Positions 6,707 to 18,460 of a stretch of DNA of 64,000 nucleotides are shown here, one piece after another. The DNA comes from Candidatus Peribacteria bacterium (lineage in GTDB: Bacteria; Patescibacteriota; Gracilibacteria; UBA1369; LOWO2-01-FULL-3), in the NCBI GenBank assembly GCA_943356465.1, contig CALREX010000003.1, forward strand, positions 46,450 through 110,449. Direction: 5' to 3'. The notes below the pieces were generated by a model that saw nothing but the letters and a program-made list of their open reading frames with translations, was not told where the DNA came from and did not search any database. A program made the translations under genes and the position numbers. Each line of letters starts with the position of its first letter. Position 1 is the first letter of the stretch.

Positions 6707-8341
6707 CTACTGCACTCCATGTATCAATCGAACTATGTCGCTATAGGTAACGACAAAGATCAAAAGTAATATTAGAAAATATCCAAAAATATGTATTCTT
6801 GATTCGATTTTTCGACTTATTCTTCTACCTAAAACTACTTCAGCAATGATAAAGAAAATTCTTCCACCATCAAGTCCAGGCAAAGGAAGCACATTGATTA
6901 CCGCTAAACTAAGGGACAAAACAGCCACAAATCTTATCAAAGGAATAGCACCCTCTTGTACAAAAGTATGTGTCATCCTCGCAATACCTACGGGTCCGGA
7001 AACACCGTCCGGCACTTTACCTGTAGTAGCAAGTCCGCTGACAAAAGAACCAAAGGATGAAGCAGTGAGTTTTGATATTTTCACCATTTCAGTAAATGAC
7101 TTATAAAGAGCCTGCTTTATCGGATATTTTTCATCTTTTACCTCAGAAACAGATGAGACAACATTTACATTATAAAAACTCACATCCTGAAAACTCTTAT
7201 AATTCATTAATTCTGACAAAAGCACTCCAATTTTTTTATCTTCACCAGGTTTTATTTCAAAAAACAATTTAACCCCATCTCTTTCAATAGCATAAGCAAT
7301 ATTCTCAGTCGCATGCTCACTCACATATTTGATAAGAACAAGGCTATCTGTCACATTTGTGCCGTTTACAGACAAAATCACATCTCTAGGTTTAATACCA
7401 GCCTTAGAAGCAGGACTACCGGCCAAAACATCAGATACAATAACTTTCCTCGTCTGCGGAACCTCAACAATCACCTTTTGTCTCTCGCCATTTCTATAAA
7501 TTTCATACTCAAGCGGACTTACACCACGCACAAAAGATTCAAATTCATTGACGTAATAAACCTGTTTTCCATTTACACTTAAAATAATATCGCCATCACG
7601 AAGCCCATAAGAATAATGCGGACCGGTTTGATCCACTTTAAACACTTCAACTCTCGGAAACGCAGTAGTGTCACCCAAAACAATTCCAAGGGTATGAAGA
7701 CCGGTTTTTGAAACCATTTCATTTGTCACTTCATAAGACAAAACTTCATTTCCCCTCTTTACTTTATAAACACCAACGGGATCGGTATTCACTCTCATCA
7801 AGAATTCCTCACCGACATTTTTTCCATTCAATGAATAAAGCAAATCATCTTTCTTCATGCCGACATATTGGGCCAAACTATCCTGCACAATATCTTTGAT
7901 TTTTATACCTTCAACCAGCTGAACCTGGCCGGAACTCACGTAATCAAAAACTTCATCAGGTGCAATAAGCGGCTTCATTCCAACAGAAAAACCAATAGTA
8001 AGAAGCAACCATGCCAAAAAGAAATTCATGAAAACTCCGGCGAAAGCGACCTTAAATCTATTTCTAACACTTGCCGCAGCAAAACTTCTTTTCTTTTTTA
8101 TAACACCGGGATCATAACTATCCTCTCCAAAAAGCCTCACAAATCCTCCAAAAGGAATCCAATTCAAAGAATAAATAGTCTCACCAATTTTCTTTCCAAA
8201 AATTCTAGGAGGAAGACCGAGTCCAAATTCCTCAACCTTAATTCCAGATCTTTTTGCCGCCCAAAAATGCCCTAATTCATGAATCAGAATCAGAACCGAG
8301 AAAATAACAATGAACACAATAGCGGTAATGAGATATGACAT
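6707..8341 (-). CDS. rseP: RIP metalloprotease RseP (site-2 protease, M50) with PDZ domains
   Basis: 544 aa. HELGHFWAAK zinc motif near the N-terminus, PDZ-like repeats, and C-terminal NVLPLPGLDGG. Confidence 0.92.
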   Translation of the reverse strand: MSYLITAIVFIVIFSVLILIHELGHFWAAKRSGIKVEEFGLGLPPRIFGKKIGETIYSLNWIPFGGFVRLFGEDSYDPGVIKKKRSFAAASVRNRFKVAFAGVFMNFFLAWLLLTIGFSVGMKPLIAPDEVFDYVSSGQVQLVEGIKIKDIVQDSLAQYVGMKKDDLLYSLNGKNVGEEFLMRVNTDPVGVYKVKRGNEVLSYEVTNEMVSKTGLHTLGIVLGDTTAFPRVEVFKVDQTGPHYSYGLRDGDIILSVNGKQVYYVNEFESFVRGVSPLEYEIYRNGERQKVIVEVPQTRKVIVSDVLAGSPASKAGIKPRDVILSVNGTNVTDSLVLIKYVSEHATENIAYAIERDGVKLFFEIKPGEDKKIGVLLSELMNYKSFQDVSFYNVNVVSSVSEVKDEKYPIKQALYKSFTEMVKISKLTASSFGSFVSGLATTGKVPDGVSGPVGIARMTHTFVQEGAIPLIRFVAVLSLSLAVINVLPLPGLDGGRIFFIIAEVVLGRRISRKIESRIHIFGYFLILLLIFVVTYSDIVRLIHGVQ

Positions 8342-8482
8342 AGGAACAAGGTTAATTTATACAAGAAACTTTTCTAAATCATTCAGTACAAGGAAACAAG
8401 GAGTTCTTGACGAGCTGTACTCACGGTACAGCAAGGAAAAGAACGACGAAGTTGACGCAGTAATCAATGATTTACAAAAGTT

Positions 8483-9043
8483 TTACACTGTCATCACGTC
8501 TTTTTCTTTCGCCACAGTAACTTCGTCAATCTTTGAATTAAATTCATCGACCTTCACTTGCAAAGCTTTATCAGCGGAAAAAAGATCATCTTCAGTAATT
8601 TCCTCATCAGCTTTTAATTTTTTAAAAATACCAAGTACATCCTGTCTTGCAGTTCTTATCGAAATCCTTGCATCCTCGGCAAGACGCTTCACGTGCTTAG
8701 TCAAATCAGTTCTTCTCTCTTCTGTTAAAGGCGGGATTGGCACTCTTACACAAAGTCCATCGCTTACAGGGTTTAGTCCAGTCCCCATGGAAAGAATAGC
8801 TTTTTCAATATGCACAAGCGCACTTTTATCCCACGGCTGAATAAGAATACTTCTCGGGTCGGGAATAGAAATATTTGCAATATTTTTTAGTGGTTGAGTA
8901 ACTCCATACATTTCAACATTCGCGCCTTCTACAAGCCCTGGACTCGCACGTCCGATTTGAAGTCTTGAGAATTCTTCTTTCAAATGCGAAACAACTTTTT
9001 CAAACTCCCTTACCGCATTTGAAATTGCTTCGTTTGTCGTCAT
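8483..9043 (-). CDS. frr: ribosome recycling factor
   Basis: 186 aa with the typical RRF pattern (LQIGRASPGLVE, IQPWDKS, NPVSDG, PPLTEERR). Confidence 0.95.
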   Translation of the reverse strand: MTTNEAISNAVREFEKVVSHLKEEFSRLQIGRASPGLVEGANVEMYGVTQPLKNIANISIPDPRSILIQPWDKSALVHIEKAILSMGTGLNPVSDGLCVRVPIPPLTEERRTDLTKHVKRLAEDARISIRTARQDVLGIFKKLKADEEITEDDLFSADKALQVKVDEFNSKIDEVTVAKEKDVMTV

Positions 9044-9067
9044 ATAAATTTTGTTAAATTATTAATT

Positions 9068-9784
9068 TTAATTTGTAATAAGAGTTCCAATGCTATCACC
9101 CTTCACAGCTTTTTCAATATTTCCTTTTTTCTCAAGATTAAAAACAATCATCGGAAGATTCCCCTCCATACACATGCTTGCACAAGTAAGATCCATAACT
9201 CCAAGTTTCTGCTCAAGCACCTGCATAAAAGTCATCTTTGTAAACTTCTTTGCATTTTTAAATTTCATGGGATCTTTGTCGTAAACAAAATCAACTTTTG
9301 TAGCCTTAAGCAGGACATTACAGTCCATTTCAAGCCCCATAAGAGCAGCGGCAGAATCTGTCGTAAAAAATGGATGACCGGTACCTCCTGCAAAAATCAC
9401 AATCCGTCCTTTCTCAAGATGATGCTTTGCACGTTTTGGGACATAAGTTTCCATAGCTTTTTCACAAGGAAAATTTGTGACAGCACGAACATCAGCACCA
9501 ACGTATTTAAGCGCATCCTCAAGAGCTAAAGAGTTCATACACGTCGCCATCATGCCGATAGAATCAGATGTCACACGATCAAGTTTTAGATGTTGAAAAT
9601 CTCGAAATCTCCAAATATTTCCACCACCAATCACAATTCCGATTTCAACTCCAATATCCTGAAGTTTTTTTATATCTTTTGCAAAATTCATCAAAATTTC
9701 TCCATCAATTCCACTCGCAAGATCTCCTTTGAAAACCTCACCTGAAAGTTTCAACAAAATTCTTTTATATTTCAATTTTGGCAT
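9068..9784 (-). CDS. pyrH: UMP kinase
   Basis: 238 aa. KRILLKLSGE, VIGGGNIWR, FAGGTGHPFFTTDSAAAL. Confidence 0.95.
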   Translation of the reverse strand: MPKLKYKRILLKLSGEVFKGDLASGIDGEILMNFAKDIKKLQDIGVEIGIVIGGGNIWRFRDFQHLKLDRVTSDSIGMMATCMNSLALEDALKYVGADVRAVTNFPCEKAMETYVPKRAKHHLEKGRIVIFAGGTGHPFFTTDSAAALMGLEMDCNVLLKATKVDFVYDKDPMKFKNAKKFTKMTFMQVLEQKLGVMDLTCASMCMEGNLPMIVFNLEKKGNIEKAVKGDSIGTLITN

Positions 9785-9800
9785 GCAAATAAATTAAAAA

Positions 9801-10208
9801 TTACATCTTAAACAAAATATAAGTAAGCGCTATCCCAAGCGCAATTCCTATTACAAAAATAAGAGGGACTTTATGCCCGCTGTCGGTTTCTTCTTCATCA
9901 TGAGCATTCGCAATATCAGCAAGAAGATCAGTCGAAATTATCACATCATCATCCGAATGTTTTGCGACAATATCTTCATAAGCATGGCTCGCAATTAAAT
10001 TTACAAATTTATCAAATTTAATTTTAACTTTATCGTTAGGCCTTAAGCTTGATTCCTCCGCTACAGAAATAGACGAAGCCCCCATCGCAGTAACAGCTTT
10101 ATCAACAGGATCATCAACAATCGTAGTTCTCTGTCCTATGCGGAATTCTGCACCTTCATCATTTCTGCGTTTTCCCCTCAAATCAATGATATCATCATCG
10201 TTATACAT
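9801..10208 (-). CDS. hypothetical protein with C-terminal membrane anchor
   Basis: 135 aa and acidic, with a single C-terminal hydrophobic segment PLIFVIGIALGIALTYILF. It sits tightly between pyrH and the upstream surface-protein gene. Confidence 0.6.
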   Translation of the reverse strand: MYNDDDIIDLRGKRRNDEGAEFRIGQRTTIVDDPVDKAVTAMGASSISVAEESSLRPNDKVKIKFDKFVNLIASHAYEDIVAKHSDDDVIISTDLLADIANAHDEEETDSGHKVPLIFVIGIALGIALTYILFKM

Positions 10209-10224
10209 AAAAATACGTTAATCT

Positions 10225-11940
10225 TTATTTACTAAACAAGAATGATGCAATATTTCCTACAAAATTATTATTTGGATCATAAACAAACGCAAGAACTTCG
10301 TGATTTCCATCAGGAAGAACATCCGGAACTTCAGCTATAAATTTTTGATTGGCATCAGCGATTACAACAGCCGATCTAACTATACTTTTGAAAGTCACAT
10401 AAACTCTGGAACCGGCTTTTGCATGCCCCTCGATCACTTTAGGAACTTTGCCCTGTACTACAGGAATTCCGGCCGCCGCAACAACATCTTCATTACGAGG
10501 ATCAAGATAAGGAAAAACTCTATAAATATAAACTCTGACAAGATACTTCGTAACATCAAATGAATTTAAAGTACCGGAAGCATCGGCACCAAGAACAGAG
10601 GCCTGAACATAAGTCAAAGATGAAGTTTTACCATCACCAGAAGTCTGTTTGTCTTTTTTCTCCTGAAAACCCAAGGCCGGAGCCTTTGGAACTTTGTCAT
10701 TATCAACTTCAATATTTTTCTTATCAACAACATTTCCTTTTACATCAGAAACAACTACAGAATATTTACCTTTACTCAATTTATCAGATGGACTATAAGT
10801 CGCGACTCCATTTTCATCAGTTTCAATAGATTGAGAATCGACAGAAACTCCATCTTCAGAAATGAATTTCACAGTATATTTCTTTTGGGCAAGATTTTCT
10901 CCGGCCTTTCCAACCACTTTAATCTTAAATAATGGCTTCTCTCCAACAACCTGCTCACCTTCTCCTGGAGCGGACACTATGACAACTTTTCCAACATCTG
11001 CATCAGTCACACCATAATTAACCAAATCACTCGCTTTCTTTTTTGCAACTTCATCAAAAGCAAGTCCTCCAGTTTTTTTCACCTCAACAGAATCATCAAT
11101 ACCATTATTATTCAAATCACCAGAAAGCTTGCCTGACCCCGCATAAAGCCCTGCAATTTGAGAAAATTTCTGTACATCATTAGCAGCAACTTTGGCATAT
11201 TTACCATTTCCAAGATAAACATCAACACCCTCACCAGTTGCATTAATTGCATCAGCCAAAGCTTTATTCACTTCTTGTTTTACAACAGCTTTTTCCTCAA
11301 GAGTATAAGCACTTTGTGCTTCTTGCGCAGCTTTATCAAGAGCAGCTTGATCCTGAGCAGACTTCTCATCAGCTAGCTTTTCTTCTTGAGCAAGTTTTTC
11401 AGCCGCAGCCTTTGCCGCTGCATCAACAGCAACTTGATCAACATTTTCTTGTGTCCCTTTAGAGCCTTCAGCAACTTTTGCAGCTTCTTCTTGAGCAGCC
11501 TTATCTTTGTCAACTTTCAGAGCCTCATCTGCTGCTGTTTTTGCAACCTGTTCTTGTGCAGTTTTATCCGCCACCTCTTGTGCAGCTTTTTCCTCCGCAG
11601 CTTTTTGCGCTTCATATGCCGCTCTCTTTGCCGCAGCATTCGCCGCTTCCTGCGCTGCTATTTTGGCAGCTTCTTCTTGCGCAGCTTTATCAGCCGCCTC
11701 CTGAGCAGCAAGCTCCTCCGCTGCTTTTGCCGCTTCTTCTGCTGCTTTCGCATCAGCTGCAGCTTTCTCTTCTGAAGTTGGTCTTACATAACCTTGATTA
11801 GTATTTCGGATCTCTTCTTCATTACCAATCCAATCAGGCTGATCAGTCGTGGCACCAATCGCTGTATAAATAGAACTAAACATGAAAGTCGTCACCAAAA
11901 AAGTAGCAACAAACCTGAAAAAAGATTTTTTAATACTCAT
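10225..11940 (-). CDS. secreted Ala/Glu/Lys-rich coiled-coil repeat protein with beta-rich C-terminal half
   Basis: 571 aa. Signal peptide MSIKKSFFRFVATFLVTTFMFSSIYTAIGA. There are about 150 aa of AAQEEAAK/AAEEKAAQE-type repeats, which generate many shadow ORFs on the plus strand at 11158-11801. Confidence 0.8.
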   Translation of the reverse strand: MSIKKSFFRFVATFLVTTFMFSSIYTAIGATTDQPDWIGNEEEIRNTNQGYVRPTSEEKAAADAKAAEEAAKAAEELAAQEAADKAAQEEAAKIAAQEAANAAAKRAAYEAQKAAEEKAAQEVADKTAQEQVAKTAADEALKVDKDKAAQEEAAKVAEGSKGTQENVDQVAVDAAAKAAAEKLAQEEKLADEKSAQDQAALDKAAQEAQSAYTLEEKAVVKQEVNKALADAINATGEGVDVYLGNGKYAKVAANDVQKFSQIAGLYAGSGKLSGDLNNNGIDDSVEVKKTGGLAFDEVAKKKASDLVNYGVTDADVGKVVIVSAPGEGEQVVGEKPLFKIKVVGKAGENLAQKKYTVKFISEDGVSVDSQSIETDENGVATYSPSDKLSKGKYSVVVSDVKGNVVDKKNIEVDNDKVPKAPALGFQEKKDKQTSGDGKTSSLTYVQASVLGADASGTLNSFDVTKYLVRVYIYRVFPYLDPRNEDVVAAAGIPVVQGKVPKVIEGHAKAGSRVYVTFKSIVRSAVVIADANQKFIAEVPDVLPDGNHEVLAFVYDPNNNFVGNIASFLFSK

Positions 11941-12007
11941 TTTTTTATTTTAAATCTACACACAACAAAGAATACTATATGGAGCATCTTTTTGCAAAGA
12001 ATTTGAT

Positions 12008-13952
<1,945 letters not shown>

Positions 13953-13980
13953 AATTTATAGCAGTTATTTAAATTCAAAT

Positions 13981-14007
13981 TTAGCACCCCGTATTATAGA
14001 GTGCTAA
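13981..14007. promoter_or_regulatory. CIRCE operator (HrcA binding site) upstream of groES
   Basis: ttagcaccc-cgtattata-gagtgctaa corresponds to TTAGCACYC-N9-GAGTGCTAA. It lies 29 nt upstream of the groES start. Confidence 0.85.
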
Positions 14008-14106
14008 AAAATCAAGTCAAGGATAAAAAGAACAAAAAAGCTAAAAATTGATGTAATGCAAGAAATCATGAAGTTGACGCAGCAGTACACAATTTTTAGC
14101 TTTTTT

Positions 14107-15630
14107 TTACACGGCAAACTCCTCTGCTCTAGTTTCACGAACAACATGTACTTTCACAGGATTTGGACTGTGGAAATCTTTTTCGATTTTGCGTGCAATA
14201 TCATGAGACATTTTGATAGCCCCAAGATCATCTACTTCATCAGGTTTCACAAATATTCTAACCTCATTTCCAGCCTGTACCGCAAACACTTTCTTAACAC
14301 CCTCAAAAGTATTGCAAAGAGTTTCAAGCTCGGAAAGCCTTCTGATATATGTATCAAGATTGTCTTTGCTCGCACCTGTTCTCGCATTTGAAATAAGATT
14401 TGCCGCCTGCACAATCTGCGCTTCAAGACTCTTTGGCTCAGGATCTCCATGATGAGCCTCGATTGCATGAACAACTTCTTCAGGAAGTCCAAATTTTCTA
14501 GCGATATCAGCACCGATTTTTGAATGATGCCCTGCTATCTCATGGTCAACAGACTTTCCAATATCGTGCAAAAGTCCGGCTTTCTTACAAACAGAAATAT
14601 CAGCACCAAGCTCGGAAGCAATAGCCGCCGCCAAGAATGACACCTCCATCGAATGCTTCAAAGCATTTTGTCCATGAGTAACTCTAAATTTCAAACGACC
14701 CAAAATCTTTATCAAATTAACATGAAGTCCAGTAACTCCGGTCTCAAGCACAGCCTTTTCCCCAAGCTCTTTGATAAGCATATTTACATCTTCTTTCACC
14801 TTCTCCACAGTCTCCTCGATTCTCGCAGGATGAATACGTCCATCTTCGATAAGCCTCTCAAGAGCCACTTTCGCAATATATCTTCTGACTAAATCAAAAC
14901 CAGAAATAACAATAGATCCAGGCGTATCATCAACAATGACATCAACTCCGGTAATTTGTTCAAAAGTATTAATATTTCTGCCTTCACGACCGATGATACG
15001 TCCCTTCATTTCATCACTAGGCAAACTTACTATGGTGGAAGTAGATTCAGCTGTAGTTTCAGCGGCACATTTCACAATAGCCTCAGCTAAAATCCATTTT
15101 GCTTTCTCTTTCGCCTTATCATGAAGCTCTTTCTCAAATTTTGTAATTTGATTCACAATATCCTCCTTGGCATCTTCTTCAACTTTCTTTATAAGAAGCT
15201 CCTTAGCCTCCTCTTTACTCATATTCGCAACTTTTTCAAGCTGAGCCGCCTGAAGCTTATAAATATCCTCAACCTGATCTCTAAGCTGACGGATAGAGGT
15301 AATCTTTGAGTCCATTTCACCTTTAAGCTTATCCACTTCATCTTCTTTCTTATCAATAGTAGCCTCTTTCTTAAGCAGTCTTTCCTCAATTTCATTCAGT
15401 TGAGTCTGTCTTTTTCTCTCTTCCTTTTTTACTTCATCCTGAAGCTTGAAAGCCTCATTCTTAGCCTCATACAAAAGCTCCTTGGATTTGTTTTTGGCAT
15501 CATTCATTATCTGCTCAGCCTTCACAACAAGATCCTTGTTTTTCTCCTCAACAGTGTTCTTCCTGTACAGATAACCTCCGTACCCACCAATAGCAGCACC
15601 TATGATGGCAATTAAAAATGTTATACCCAT
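14107..15630 (-). CDS. rny: ribonuclease Y
   Basis: 507 aa. N-terminal TM segment, coiled-coil, KH domain (GRIIGREGRNI), HD domain (LLHDIGK). Confidence 0.95.
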   Translation of the reverse strand: MGITFLIAIIGAAIGGYGGYLYRKNTVEEKNKDLVVKAEQIMNDAKNKSKELLYEAKNEAFKLQDEVKKEERKRQTQLNEIEERLLKKEATIDKKEDEVDKLKGEMDSKITSIRQLRDQVEDIYKLQAAQLEKVANMSKEEAKELLIKKVEEDAKEDIVNQITKFEKELHDKAKEKAKWILAEAIVKCAAETTAESTSTIVSLPSDEMKGRIIGREGRNINTFEQITGVDVIVDDTPGSIVISGFDLVRRYIAKVALERLIEDGRIHPARIEETVEKVKEDVNMLIKELGEKAVLETGVTGLHVNLIKILGRLKFRVTHGQNALKHSMEVSFLAAAIASELGADISVCKKAGLLHDIGKSVDHEIAGHHSKIGADIARKFGLPEEVVHAIEAHHGDPEPKSLEAQIVQAANLISNARTGASKDNLDTYIRRLSELETLCNTFEGVKKVFAVQAGNEVRIFVKPDEVDDLGAIKMSHDIARKIEKDFHSPNPVKVHVVRETRAEEFAV

Positions 15631-16014
15631 ATCAATAAAAGTTAGATTATTTAATCCTTACTTTTAGTTTTTATGAGTTTAAAACACCTGGAATAGAAAC
15701 AACACCTAGATTATCTAGGATATTAATTTCAGTCTATTTTTGATCTTGGAAGTCAAGTTTGTCATTGTAATTTCTGCCTTACATAAGCCATCAAAGCGTA
15801 AACGTCAAAAATGTGATTCTAAACCCTATAAAATTTAAAGCTCGGACTTAATATTTAATAAATACTTACAGCAAAAGTGTACTTGATTAGTTAAAAATGT
15901 CAAACAGCTTTTATAAAAACTTGAAGAAAATTTTATAAAAATTTAACAAAATTTTAATCTCATAATGTTTAAATAAGCTAAATTATAAAATATTTACAAA
16001 TTTATCAAATCACA

Positions 16015-16437
16015 ATGAAAAATAAAACCACAAGAATAATAAAAATATTTTTACCCATAATAATACAGTTTTTAATTTGGCAAAGTCTGGAAGTTTCAGC
16101 AACATCAATCAGCACTTTTCAGCCAGCGTCAATCAACAAAAAAATAAGCACACAAAAAGAAAAAACACCGAATAATAAAATTATTCAAAAATCACAAACT
16201 TCAAAACCAAAATCAAAGAAAAAAACTATAAAGAAACCTAAAAAAGAATCAAGCAAGAAACAAACAAAGAAAAGCAAAACAACAAAACCAAAAATAGTAA
16301 ATACGACAAAGAACATCAATTTGAAAAACGTCAACTTGAATTCAAAAACAGACTTACCAAAAAATTGGGGGCGTTACATAACGCCCCCAATCATAATCAT
16401 AACTTTAATCCTCTTATCTATCTTTAAAAAATATTAA
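16015..16437 (+). CDS. small Lys-rich secreted/anchored protein, unknown function
   Basis: 140 aa. N-terminal signal-like IIKIFLPIIIQFLIWQSLEVSA, a KPK/KKK-rich middle, and a C-terminal LPKNWG...PPIIIITLILLSIFKKY (motif + TM + basic tail). Low-complexity sequence, so coding status is uncertain. Confidence 0.45.
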   Translation: MKNKTTRIIKIFLPIIIQFLIWQSLEVSATSISTFQPASINKKISTQKEKTPNNKIIQKSQTSKPKSKKKTIKKPKKESSKKQTKKSKTTKPKIVNTTKNINLKNVNLNSKTDLPKNWGRYITPPIIIITLILLSIFKKY

Positions 16438-17280
16438 CTAATTCAAGAGGTCAAGCTTAGCCATTGTGTTATAAATCAGCTGAGCTGTGTCCCCTCTCGT
16501 AACTTCGTAAAGTGGCATATACAAAGTTTTTCCTGAAACTATACTTCCTTCCTTAGCAGCACAGGCATAAGGCGCCATCCAGCTTGTAACTTCAACATCA
16601 GTATATGGCGCATCCTTAACATTTTCACAAAGAGGATACTGCATAGCTTCAAAAATTATCTTAACAGCCTCAGATTTTGAGACACTTTGAGCAGGCTTAA
16701 AAGTCCCATCCTCATATCCCTTCACCCATCCAGCCTCCTTTGCATAACAAGAAAATGCAGCGAACCATTCTGTTTTTACATCTTTAAAGCAATTTTCAAG
16801 CTTTTTCCCTGCAAAATTAGCATCGACAGCATTTGATAAAATAGCCAAAAATTCAGCACGATTGATAGTATTCTCAGGCTTAAAACTTCCATCGGTATAA
16901 CCGGTCAAAATTCCCAAATTATAAAGAGATACAATAGCAACTGCATTCTTATGATTAGACGGAACATCGATAAATACCTGCTTTTTCTGCTCCTCTTTAG
17001 AAACCTTATCCTCTGCGTCTTTCGTTTCACTCGATTCATCAGCTCCAATGACAGAAGAATAAGATTTATTCAAATAATCATTCGTAGAGCTGAAGAAAGA
17101 TCCCATAGCATAACCGGAAACTGCGACAAAAAGCAGAAGAAGAGCAAGAAAAGTCTTAGGAACACTCATTCCAGAGAAAGAATGTAAAAAAGAAACACGA
17201 TCCATCCTATTTTGTGAAACCTTCGGGTTCAATATCTTCCTCGGTGGAAAATTTTTATTTTTTTGGACTATTTTTGGCAT
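16438..17280 (-). CDS. S-layer homology (SLH) domain protein
   Basis: 280 aa. N-terminal TM/signal segment FLALLLLFVAVSGYA and three SLH-like repeats (FIDVPSNHKNAVAIVSLYNLGILTGYTDGSFKPENTINRAEFLAIL; FKDVKTEW...GYEDGTFKPAQSVSKSEAVKII; YTDVEVTSW...). Confidence 0.8.
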   Translation of the reverse strand: MPKIVQKNKNFPPRKILNPKVSQNRMDRVSFLHSFSGMSVPKTFLALLLLFVAVSGYAMGSFFSSTNDYLNKSYSSVIGADESSETKDAEDKVSKEEQKKQVFIDVPSNHKNAVAIVSLYNLGILTGYTDGSFKPENTINRAEFLAILSNAVDANFAGKKLENCFKDVKTEWFAAFSCYAKEAGWVKGYEDGTFKPAQSVSKSEAVKIIFEAMQYPLCENVKDAPYTDVEVTSWMAPYACAAKEGSIVSGKTLYMPLYEVTRGDTAQLIYNTMAKLDLLN

Positions 17281-17294
17281 AATAAATTATTAAA

Positions 17295-18422
17295 TTATTT
17301 TTTTAAAAGATTTTTATATTCAAATTCATAAATATGTACAAATGACATAAGCACAATAAGGACAAGAGGTCCTATCACAACTCCTTTAAGACCTAGAGTC
17401 ACAACTCCACCCATTACAACCAAGAACATCATAAGAGGATAAGTACGCGTATTTCCACGAATCAAATAAGGTCTGGCAAGATTATCCACAGTTCCGATAA
17501 CAAGGCTTCCCCAAATAAACAGGAACATCCCCGCATAATAATCGCCAAGAATAAATAAAATAATCGATGCGGGAATCCAAATAATAGCTGTTCCGACAAC
17601 AGGAACAAGTGAGAAAAAAGCTATAGCTGTAGCCCAAAAAACAGGATTTGAAATACCTGCGATCATAAAACCAACTCCTCCAACAACACCCTGAAGAATG
17701 GCAGTCAAAAATACACCAAAAACAACAGCTTTCACCATGTCTTTTATCTTATAAAAAAGCTGATCCTCGTAAGAAGAAGGTAGTGGACTTAACTGTCCAA
17801 ACCTCTTCACAAGAGCAGACCCATCTTTGAAAAAATAAAACAAACAGAACAATAAGACAACAAGATCAAGCATAATTTCAGAAATACTCTTTAAGAAAGA
17901 GGCAGTCTGAGAAACAAGGAAAGTACTCAAAGACTTTGCGATTTCAACTATATTTTGCTTTAAATCCATATGTTCAACATCAACAAGAGGCGATATCATA
18001 TTCTTCAAATCATAGAAAAATCCACCATCCTTCCATTGTAAATATCTGTCAAAAACACCAGAATTTATTTTCAATTGAATAACTTCATATGTAGAAAAAG
18101 CCTCACTCGTAAGGAAAACAATAAAAACAGCTATAGGAATAAGAATAATAAGAACAATCAAAATACAGGAAACTATGCTCGCAGTCCTTCCCCATCCTCT
18201 AAAAGCTCTTAATAAAAGATTATGCAAAGGATTGAAAGCTATAGCCAAAACAGCGGCAACAAAAATAACAGTAATAAAAGGCTCTAGAATATTCACTAGG
18301 TAATATAGCGCAAATAAAAGACAGACAAGCAAAAAATATCCAGGTAGTTTATCCAGTATAAGCGCACTATCAGATTTAAAGTGAAACGGCTTTCTTTTTA
18401 TCATACCAAAAATATATAACAC
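17295..18422 (-). CDS. AI-2E family transporter (PerM/UPF0118)
   Basis: 375 aa, polytopic, with typical AI-2E layout and a C-terminal ...GGVVTLGLKGVVIGPL segment. The 18422 start is GTG; an alternative ATG lies at 18404. Confidence 0.8.
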   Translation of the reverse strand: MLYIFGMIKRKPFHFKSDSALILDKLPGYFLLVCLLFALYYLVNILEPFITVIFVAAVLAIAFNPLHNLLLRAFRGWGRTASIVSCILIVLIILIPIAVFIVFLTSEAFSTYEVIQLKINSGVFDRYLQWKDGGFFYDLKNMISPLVDVEHMDLKQNIVEIAKSLSTFLVSQTASFLKSISEIMLDLVVLLFCLFYFFKDGSALVKRFGQLSPLPSSYEDQLFYKIKDMVKAVVFGVFLTAILQGVVGGVGFMIAGISNPVFWATAIAFFSLVPVVGTAIIWIPASIILFILGDYYAGMFLFIWGSLVIGTVDNLARPYLIRGNTRTYPLMMFLVVMGGVVTLGLKGVVIGPLVLIVLMSFVHIYEFEYKNLLKK

Positions 18423-18460
18423 ATCTTCCCTTAGTGCAAAGCAAAAACTCGTATAAAAAT

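Noticed and set aside
11158-11801. A cluster of plus-strand ORFs (11158..11376, 11247..11462, 11386..11775, 11478..11801, 11507..11704) with Cys/Leu/Ser/Phe-rich or Gln/Leu/Pro-rich repeats.
   Set aside because: They are all antisense shadows of the GCAGC/GAAGC-rich Ala-Glu-Lys repeat region of the 571-aa secreted protein on the minus strand.
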